64,000 nt of DNA from Candidatus Kerfeldbacteria bacterium (lineage in GTDB: Bacteria; Patescibacteriota; Patescibacteriia; UBA10025; JAHIVO01), in assembly GCA_047946875.1 (NCBI GenBank), contig CP181398.1, positions 1,233,329 to 1,297,328 on the forward strand, in the 5' to 3' direction. Below are positions 49,739 through 59,300 of the stretch, one piece after another (positions within the stretch are counted from its first letter, which is position 1; every line of letters starts with the position of its first letter). The position numbers and the translations under genes were made by a program. The notes beneath the pieces are model-generated. The model saw only the letters and a program-made list of their open reading frames with translations. It was not told where the DNA came from and did no database searches.

Positions 49739-50350
49739 ATGGAAATAATAAAAATAAATCCTAATTCTCCAGAGTCAACAAAAATTAAAGAAGCTGCTAA
49801 AGTTATTAAAGAAGGAGGAGTGGTAGTCTACCCCACTGATACAGCTTATGGGTTAGCTGCTGATGCTCTTAATGCAGATGCAATTGGCAAATTGTTTATT
49901 ATTAAACAAAGAATCCAAAAGCCGTTGCCAGTAATAGTAGATTCAGAAAAAATGTTAGAAAAAATAGCAGAAGTTACAACGGAAGAACAAAAGATTATTA
50001 AAAAATATTGGCCGGGGGCTTTAACTCTAATTTTCAAGAAAAAAGATATTATTCAACCTTTTTTGACTTTAGGGTTACCAACGGTAGGTGTAAGAATGCC
50101 TGACTATAAAATTGCTATACAGTTAGTTAAGGAGGCGGGTACTCCTCTGACTTCAACAAGCGCAAATATCAGTGGCAAGGGTAATTGCTATACACCGGAG
50201 TGTGTACAGAGAATGTTTCAGGGAGCTGATAGTCAGCCAGATTTAATTATGGATGCGGGAGAATTGGATGAGGTTCCTGTTTCAACAGTTGCTCAAGTAG
50301 AAGGAAAAAAAGTTAATACATTAAGAGAAGGGCCAGTTAAAATAAAATAG
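49739..50350 (+). CDS. tsaC: L-threonylcarbamoyladenylate synthase (Sua5/YrdC/YwlC family)
   Basis: VVVYPTDTAYGLAADA and SANISG motifs of the YrdC fold. Confidence 0.85.
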   Translation: MEIIKINPNSPESTKIKEAAKVIKEGGVVVYPTDTAYGLAADALNADAIGKLFIIKQRIQKPLPVIVDSEKMLEKIAEVTTEEQKIIKKYWPGALTLIFKKKDIIQPFLTLGLPTVGVRMPDYKIAIQLVKEAGTPLTSTSANISGKGNCYTPECVQRMFQGADSQPDLIMDAGELDEVPVSTVAQVEGKKVNTLREGPVKIK

Positions 50351-51541
50351 ATGGAAAAAAAATCAATTCATAAACATTTACATTATTTTTCCAAACATCC
50401 TTCACGTGGTTTAAAAGAATTATATTGGTCAGTTGGATTGATGGACCTTGGCGTAGCAGCGGTAACAATATTTGAGCCAATTTTTTTATTTACTTTAGGA
50501 TATTCCCTGAAAGAAATAATGTTTTTTTATTTGCTGGTGTATCTTGTTTATACATTAATTCTTCCTTTGTTTGGTAAAGTTGTTGCACATTTTGGTTACG
50601 AACATTCAATATTATATAGTCAATTTTTCTTGATTGCTTTTTATGTTTCGTTATTTGCTATTTCATCAATACCTGTTTTCTTTTATATAGCACCATTATT
50701 TTTGGCAATACAAAAAGCACTATATTGGCCTTCATATCATGCTGATTTTACTATCTTTTCTAATGATGAACAGAGAGGAAGGGAGTTGAGTGGCATAGAG
50801 ACTTTAAGTATGATTGTTTATGTAATTGGGCCATTGGCTGGCGGTTTTATATTGGTATGGTCAAATTTTAGCACTTTATTTATTATTGCTTCTGCTCTAT
50901 TTTTACTGTCTGCAATTCCTTTGTTACGTATTAAAGAAATTCATAGTAAACAAAAATTTCAATATAAAGATGTTTTTAAGCATTTGATTGATAAAGATCA
51001 CCGACGCAATTTTATTGCTTTTTTAGGTTTTGGGGAAGAATTAATAGTGCTAACTGTTTGGCCGATATTTATTTATACTCTTATTCAAAACTATGCAAGT
51101 ATTGGTGAAATAGTTGCAGGTGCAACATTGATTACTGGTGGCGTTGTCTTGTTGATTGGGAAAATTTCTGATAAGTATGGACAAATGAAATTATTAAGAT
51201 TAGGTAGTGCCATATATTTTATAAGTTGGATTTTTCGTGCGTTCGCTTCTAAGGGATGGCACATACTAAGTTTAGATACTACATCACGTTTTTCAAAAGA
51301 AATGGTTTTTTTACCGATAGAGTCTATGACTTATAGTGCTGCAAAGAAACTCGGCCCACTATCGCATGGAATTTTTTATGAACAATCTACGGCTATTGCA
51401 AAAGTGTTTGCTGCATCTTTAGCAATAATTGTAATATATTATTTCGTTGATCCGTGGATGCCAATATTTTGTTTAGCTGCTGGATTCTCGTTGTTATATT
51501 TATTTTATAAAAAAAGTAATCCAAAAAATGGACCTAACTGA
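50351..51541 (+). CDS. MFS-type transporter (about 12 TM)
   Basis: ATG directly follows the tsaC stop. Repeated 6+6 hydrophobic helices. Confidence 0.65.
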   Translation: MEKKSIHKHLHYFSKHPSRGLKELYWSVGLMDLGVAAVTIFEPIFLFTLGYSLKEIMFFYLLVYLVYTLILPLFGKVVAHFGYEHSILYSQFFLIAFYVSLFAISSIPVFFYIAPLFLAIQKALYWPSYHADFTIFSNDEQRGRELSGIETLSMIVYVIGPLAGGFILVWSNFSTLFIIASALFLLSAIPLLRIKEIHSKQKFQYKDVFKHLIDKDHRRNFIAFLGFGEELIVLTVWPIFIYTLIQNYASIGEIVAGATLITGGVVLLIGKISDKYGQMKLLRLGSAIYFISWIFRAFASKGWHILSLDTTSRFSKEMVFLPIESMTYSAAKKLGPLSHGIFYEQSTAIAKVFAASLAIIVIYYFVDPWMPIFCLAAGFSLLYLFYKKSNPKNGPN

Positions 51542-52379
51542 ACTTAATACAATCAAATCTTTAGTAAAGCAAAATGATATAAGGCCGACTCGTCAGTCAG
51601 GCCAAAATTTTTTGATATGTAAAGATGTACTAGATAAAATCATTAGAACTTCTGAAATATATCCACAAGAAAAAGTTTTAGAAATAGGTCCAGGCTTTGG
51701 AACATTAACTAACCGATTATTAGAGGCACAAGCATCTGTAACCTCAGTGGAGCTAGATAGAAATTTGGCAAAGTTTTTAAGTAATAATAAATTATTCAAA
51801 AATTTGAATTTAATTAGAGGCGATATTATACATGAGTGGCTAGGTTTGAAAAAAGATTTTAAAAATTTGGATTATAAACTTATTGCAAATTTACCTTATA
51901 GTCTTACATCTTTGATTTTTAGAATGTTTTTGAGTGAGAGACCTAGACCAAAAAAAATAGTAGTGCTAATTCAAAAGGAAGTTGCAGAGAGGATTGTAGC
52001 AGTTCCAGGTAAGATGAGTATGTTATCAATAGCAGTTCAATTTTATGGAGAACCAAAGATAATTGATATAGTGAAACCAGAATGCTTTTGGCCATCACCT
52101 GAAGTGCAATCTGCTATCCTTGAAGTGGATAACATTGGATTGGATACAAAAAAATATAAAAAAATGTTAGGTAATGTAAAAGATGAACAATTCTTTAAAA
52201 TAGCGAAAATCGGTTTTTCAGCAAAACGTAAACAATTACATAATAATCTAGCAAATGGTTTACATAAAAAAAGTGAAGAAATTAAGGCTTTTTTAACCAA
52301 TTTAAACATAAACCCGGCAATCAGGGCTCAAGATCTTACTATAAAACAGTGGATAGATATATCTAAAAATATACAGTAG
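51528..52379 (+). CDS. rsmA: 16S rRNA (adenine1518/1519-N6)-dimethyltransferase
   Basis: GQNFL and SAM-binding LEIGPGFGTLT motifs (KsgA). Confidence 0.9.
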   Translation: MDLTELNTIKSLVKQNDIRPTRQSGQNFLICKDVLDKIIRTSEIYPQEKVLEIGPGFGTLTNRLLEAQASVTSVELDRNLAKFLSNNKLFKNLNLIRGDIIHEWLGLKKDFKNLDYKLIANLPYSLTSLIFRMFLSERPRPKKIVVLIQKEVAERIVAVPGKMSMLSIAVQFYGEPKIIDIVKPECFWPSPEVQSAILEVDNIGLDTKKYKKMLGNVKDEQFFKIAKIGFSAKRKQLHNNLANGLHKKSEEIKAFLTNLNINPAIRAQDLTIKQWIDISKNIQ

Positions 52380-52445
52380 TTTAAGATTTAATATATTTGA
52401 CATTATGGTCTGATTATGATATAATGGTTTAGTAAATTAGGATAC

Positions 52446-53318
52446 ATGGATCAAAAAAAAATAAATAATACATCTCAAGAAAAAGACCTTTCTAATTCAT
52501 TTTCTTCAACTAGCCGTATCAAAAATTTGATGGCTAATAAAGGAGGATCTGAAAAAAGGCTATTTATTTTATTAATAGCAATTGTAGTTATTGGTGTGCC
52601 ACTTAGTATATGGCAAATTAATAGTCAAATTAATAGTCCATTTGCCCCAAAAAAAATCATTGAAGTTGAAAATATAAATTTCTCTATAGCCGTTGATTAT
52701 CAGTTACCTGTTATGGAAAATTTACGTGATTTAGATACAGATAATGATGGTATTACTGATTATGATGAGCTTTATCGTCATAAGACAAGCCCATATATTG
52801 CTGATAGTGATAGCGATTCGATCTTAGACAAGATAGAGATTGATCAAGGTACTGATCCAAACTGTCCAGAAGGAGCTGTATGTAGTAGAGAGGAAGTACC
52901 AGCGCTAGTTGAAATTAACGATGAATTGGCTGATCAATTAGAAAATATGTCAGTAGATCAGCTAAGGCAGTTAATGATTGATTCAGGTGCACCAGAAGAG
53001 CAAGTTAATAAGATATCTGACGAAGATTTATTGAAAACTTTCCAAGATATATTAGCTGAAGAAGGAGGTACTACTAATACTCAAGAGAACATATTAAATT
53101 TAAATTTAGAAGAAGATAATACAAATACCGCAATAAATCTCGAGACGATAGATTATGAAACACTTTTTAACCTTAATGATAGCGAAATAAGAGCTCTGTT
53201 AATTGAGGGAGGAGTGCCACAAGAGACACTGGAACAGATTGATGATGAATTACTTCGAGAAATATATTTAGAGAGTCTTGGACAAAATTTTGAAGAATTA
53301 TCTCAGCAACAACAATAA
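52446..53318 (+). CDS. Hypothetical acidic membrane-anchored protein with DxDxDG (thrombospondin-type-3-like) Ca-binding motif and internal repeat
   Basis: Single TM (LFILLIAIVVIGVPL). DTDNDGITDYDE. Two repeats of the form ..GAPEEQVNKISDEDLL.. / ..GVPQETLEQIDDELL.. Confidence 0.5.
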   Translation: MDQKKINNTSQEKDLSNSFSSTSRIKNLMANKGGSEKRLFILLIAIVVIGVPLSIWQINSQINSPFAPKKIIEVENINFSIAVDYQLPVMENLRDLDTDNDGITDYDELYRHKTSPYIADSDSDSILDKIEIDQGTDPNCPEGAVCSREEVPALVEINDELADQLENMSVDQLRQLMIDSGAPEEQVNKISDEDLLKTFQDILAEEGGTTNTQENILNLNLEEDNTNTAINLETIDYETLFNLNDSEIRALLIEGGVPQETLEQIDDELLREIYLESLGQNFEELSQQQQ

Positions 53319-53360
53319 ATTAAGCATAGAAATAATATAAATTATATTTGCTACTAGCTT

Positions 53361-56300
53361 ATGTCAAAAGGAAAAAATAAAATAAGTAGCTTTAAAAAGA
53401 AATGGATTTTAGTAGGGGTTCTTGTTTTTTTTGCTATACAACTTTTGATGCCTATTATAGTCATGCCAAAACAAGCTAATGCTGTTTTGGGTGTTGGTGA
53501 TACTACAATTACTTTGGGTGATATTCCTAGATTAATTTGGGATAGTATTTCTAGTGCTATAAAAAAAGCTGGTGCAGTGGCATTTAAAAACGCTGTAAAA
53601 ACTTTTGCAAACAATTTAGCTTATAATGCAGCTACCGGACTAGCAACAGGAGAAAAAGGGGAAAAGCCATTATTTACCACAGAGCCACTAAAAATATTAG
53701 AACAGGCGGCAGATATAGCTGCTGGAGATTTTTTGGATTCTGTGGCTGGGGATTGGTTAGGCAAAGCAAAATGTGCCGGATATTATGGTGAAGATGTTTC
53801 TTGTAAGGATGATCAAGGTTGTCCAACACCAGTTTTAGATTGTACTGCTATAGAAAATTTTACATCATTACAAAAATCAATTTGTTCTGAAGGGGTAGAA
53901 TTTATGGAAGTATGTTTGGCTCAAGGATGTGTAATTGAAGAAATTGAAAATAGAGAAATGTTTAATTTTCTAATGGACATTGGAGTTGTTGGCGTAAATA
54001 ATGAGCCGTATATTGAAGGATCTCCAAAATGTACAAATGATTTTTCTCTTTGTGATCAATCAGATTTATTTAAAGTTAACATTAATATAAAGACTAGAGC
54101 CTCATTAGATCCGGCAACAAAAGATACTATAAGTGGTAAATGTCAGGTAACTGATATTATAGATATAATGGAGCAAAATGTAGATGATGCAAATAATCTT
54201 TGGGAGGATCTAACCAATAAAGAAAAAAATAATTTATATTTACAACAAATAGCTAAAGGATTTAATCCAGAGGTGAGTGAGTTAGGGGCATATATTACTA
54301 TTAGTAATCGAACTAAAGATGAGGCAGCAAAGGCTCAAAAAAACACAGAATTTTCTGAACAGCTAAGTGGTGGTCTGAGTAGTGTTACCTCTAAAATTTC
54401 TGGTGCGGTTAAGACGCCCGGTCCATTGCTCGAGAGTGCGATAAATTCTACATTTAAAACTAGTTTAGATCTACAAAACACTTTTACTGGAGAAATTATT
54501 GCTGATGCTATTGGAACTTTTACAAGTACTTTAGCAAATAAGATGATGGATAAGTACTTTGAAGGTTTAGTAGAGCCAGAGCTTAATAGTGGAGGTGGTA
54601 GTAGTAGTCTTTTAGGAGGTTTACTTGGTGGAGTTAGGTCTGGTATTACTGCAGCAAAATTACTTTTTGCTGATTTGAAACAAGTAAATTATTCAGTTGG
54701 CGGTAATTTGGATATTTTATCGAGTTTAGCAAGTTGTCCTGATACAGAGGATCCTACCCAAGATACATGTGTTATTGATTCTAGATTTTATACTGCTATA
54801 GAACAGCAGTTGACTGTACGCGAGGCTCTTGATGCTGGTCTATTAGATGGTAATAAATTATTTGGCTATGATATCAATGGTAATCAACCAGAATATTATA
54901 ATGGTTATCCTTATAGAAGCTTGGTTATTTTAAGGAAATATAGAGTACTTCCAGTTGGTTGGGAATTAGCTGCTAACTACATGAGAGAGTATGCTCGTGG
55001 TTTTTATAGTTTGAATATTTTAATTGATGAATACGATAATATTGATTCACCATTTTATCATTTAGTTGATCCAAACTGGGTTCTGAAAGCTCCGTCAGTT
55101 TATTGTGAAAGACAGGGTGCTGGAGATAAAATAGAGTATTCTGATGCAATAAGGTCTGAAGATACTAATAAACTTCCAGACAGTGGCATTGATAGTAAAG
55201 ACGCTGCTATCCCAATTGTAACGAGAAATTCTAATTATTGTGCTGATGAACAATTATGTTTAATAGAAAATGACGATGGTTCGTGTAAAAAATATGGTTA
55301 TTGTATAGAAGAAGAACCTATTTGGAAATTTGCTGGGGCAGCTTGTCAAGAAGAATATAGTTCTTGCCAAAGTTTTGGTGAAAATGAAAATTATTTAACC
55401 AACAGTTTAGATTATGGTACTTGTAATTCTGAGAATGCTGGTTGTCAGTGGTATTGTCAGGATTATGATCTTGTATCTGGAGAGTGGCAATGTACCAATC
55501 AAGATCCTCCAGCTGGTGGTAATAAAATAAGTTTTAATGATAACGCAGAAAGTTGTAGTGCGAATGGTGAAGGTTGTAGTGAATATATACCAATAACAAA
55601 TAGCGGAGCAAACTTAGTAAAAAATTCTAATTTTGAGGATTTTGATACAACTGCAGATGTAGCACTAGCTACAGATGGCCTAAGAGATTTAGCTTTACCA
55701 ATCCCTCCGCCATTTGGAGGTACTAGTCTGCCTGACGATTTTGCTGATTGGTCTCATAATTATGTTAATGGTGTTGATCCATGTCAGCAAAGAAGTTTAG
55801 CTTCTTCAGATTCTTTTGGGGGATTAACTGCAGCTAGAATTCATCAATATCCAGCTTGCCCCTCAGGTGATGGTCAATATATGACTCAGCGTTTAGATAC
55901 AGGATATCTCACAGATAATAGAACATTTACTGTTTCATTTTATGCTAAGCGCGCTGAAGGTGGAACTTGTAATGCAACTAATGATAATGTATTAATAGAT
56001 TTTACCAGAAATTTTGCCCCAGCTTCTCCCGGCCCACCACCAATACTAGCAGATGTTCAATATGTTGGTGGTCAGACAGCAAATGTATCCGCTGATTGGA
56101 CCAGATATGCTCTAACATTTAACTTTGATAGTCAGCCTGCTTCACGATGGAATTGGGGAACAACAGCTCTAAATAATCACTATAAGCGTACCTTCATATT
56201 ATTTGTAAGACATAATAGCACAGATTGTGATATTCTTATTGATAATATTCAAGTAGAAGAGGGAGGATTGACCAATTATAAGGCTTATGAAGATTCAAGT

Positions 56301-59300
56301 AAGACATATCTTAAGAAGGCTCCTGAGTACTTAAATTGTACAGGCGGTCCTTTTGATGATCCGTTATGTTTAAATTTTGCTCTTAACTGTTCTGCTGATG
56401 AAGTTGGCTGTCAGAAATTTACATCTACTACTTCAGGTCAGAGTGTTACGGGGACAATCACAAATATAGGTATTTGTAATCCGAATGATCCATCTTCTTG
56501 TGACCAATGTCCTCTTGAGTTTGTCGGCTGTCAGGCTTATCGTGAATTAGCTACCGAGAATGTACCATATAGACCTGCTGTGGATCCAGTATCATTTGTT
56601 CAGGAGACTGGTTTGAGTTGTCCTGCTTCTGCTGTCGGATGTGAAGAATATACAAATTTAGAAGAAATTGCCGCCGGTGGTGAAGGTAGAGAATATTATA
56701 GTTGGATCAAGCAATGTGTTGAAGAAAGTGATCCGAATGTATCTACATACTATACTTGGGAAGGTTCGGAAGAATTTGGATATCAATTAAAAGATTATCA
56801 GTTGAAGACAAGTAATGTAGCAGATCCAGATATTTTAGGACCACCACTGAACACTACTAAATATGGTCCGTGTACTAATATGGCACCAGAAGATCCTTAT
56901 TTAGATACACTTGGACTAGGTTGGAATACATGTATTGATGATGAAGTCGTTGATAGGAATGGTGATGGAATTATTGATGAGACTTATGATATGCAGGTAT
57001 GTACTTTAGCTGAGGTAGGTGTTGACCCTGATTGTGCAGAATTTATTGATGAGGAAGGATATAGATTCTATCGTCTTAAATCAAAAGTTATTTATACTTC
57101 ATCAAATTGCAAAGTTTATCGTAATAGTTTAGATAGTGGAGCTACATGTCAGGCAGGTTTTTGTACAAATAATAATTCTATTTGTGCTACTGATTCGACA
57201 TGTACTGATATTTTATATCACATGATTCCTAATCAGGGTAATTCATGTTCAGCGCAATACGCAGGATGTCGGGCGTATAAAGGTAATGCTGGGGATAATA
57301 GCCATGTCATTTATAGTTATAATTTTGAATCTGGCGATTTGGATACTTGGAATTCTGGAGTACCAGCAAATCCTACGTTACTGAGTAATGAGTCAGTTAA
57401 TTTTGGTGGACATTCAATGTTATTTTTTGACGCTGCATATTATCGATGGTTAACTGCAGCAAATGAGTTGTTACCGATCAAAGGAAATTCTTATAATTTA
57501 TCTTTTTGGGCCAAGGCAGGCACGAGTGATTCTATAATAGAGGCTTCTTTCGGACAGATGGGATTTACTAAGAAATTTGAAGGGTCAGCGGTGGCTAGGG
57601 TCGGTGAGTGGAATCAATACGAGGTAGGACCATTATATGTTGATTGGGATGTTCTGCCAAATTCTATATCCATGTTTTTCGAAACCACAGGTTCGGTTTA
57701 TATTGATAATATACAACTTTCAGAAATTGTAGATAATATTTATAAGGTCAAAGATTCATACACCAGATGTGATGGATATGAAAATTGTGATCAGTATACT
57801 GACATACCGGGTGCTACTCATTATCTAAAATCATTTTCATCCCTCTGTGGTGAAGATAAGATTGGTTGTGAAGCAATGATTGATACAAAAAATAGTTCTA
57901 CTCCAGGAGAATTAGAATATGAGGTGGCAGCTGGAGTGCTAAAATATATACCAAAAGATACCACAATAACATTAGTTAATGATCCAAATAAGAGATGCTC
58001 GGCCGGTGAAAAAGGCTGTGAATGGTTGGGAGTGCCAACTATTAATTCTGTTGGGAATGTTAGCTCTTTTGATGATGCATATATAAAAAACGATCCAGAT
58101 AAATATGATACGGATTTATGTTTATTTGAAGAGAGTGGGTGTAAAGAATATATAACTCCAGAAGGATCTAAATATTATTTCAAAGATCCAACTTCAAATA
58201 TTTGTGAATATAAGAGAGTTGCTGGTCAATCAAAATCTGGTTGGTATCAAAATGAAACAAATGTTGGTGAGCCTGATTGTCCTGTGACTGTGGGTGTATG
58301 TAAAAATAGTCCAATAAGTGATGAAGGCAAAGCTTGTGGTACTGATTTGGATTGTGATGATGGAGCTGGTTTTTGTGCAATAGGTTATTGTGAAGATAAT
58401 ACTACGTTGTGTTCTGACAACGGAATGTGTGTTGGTGATTGTATTCCTTCGTTTAATGTTGTCCCACAACCAAATGGAGAATGGGCTGGTGTTTGTCCAA
58501 TAACAGCTTCTACATGTACAGAATATCGTGATCCAGAAAAACCATTTTTTTATGACTCAGCTACTCCAGGTGATATTACTTATTGTGATGTTACTTTAGC
58601 AGATGGTGGTAGCGATGGAGATAATACATATGACTGTGATTCATACTATTATTTATCAAATGAAATTGATGAGGCTTCATGTAATGGCTTGGTAGACAGA
58701 GAAGAAGGATGTTTGTTGTTTAATAACACGGCAGCAGAAAATCTAATATTCTATGCAGATGACACAAAGAACGGTACAGCTCCAGAAGTTTGCGATATAA
58801 CCACCGTACCACCGGAAGAATGTGACTCTAATATTATTATAAAAGTAAATAAAGATAGAGTGTGTGGCCGTTGGATCGACTGTGAAACTTCTATTCCACC
58901 TACTGATGGGTCTAGTAATAGTTTGTGTACTGAAATTAATATTTGTGAGAAAATGGATAGTCTATCAACAAATTGTATTAAATGGGATGGAAAAGCTTCC
59001 GATATTAATCAAACTTACGATACACCAGCCTTTGTAGATAAAATTAAAAATTATTCTGGATTAGTGTTGGCTGGTCTTGATTGGGATAAGCGATGTACTA
59101 ATGATACAAATAAGGTTTGTTTAGTTGACACTGATTGTGGTACTTTGCCAGCACATAAATGTTCGGATCCTCAAATTTACGAAGGAAGCTTGCCAACAGC
59201 GTTGATGTCTCAGGTTGGTTCAGCTGCGTTTAATGGTAACTTGATACCAGATGGAGATTTTGGTGATAGTAATTATAAACTTAACCAAAAATTAAGCTGT

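Noticed and set aside
53354-53614. Minus-strand 86-aa ORF at the start of the giant gene
   Set aside because: Antisense to the 8.9-kb ORF. Spurious.
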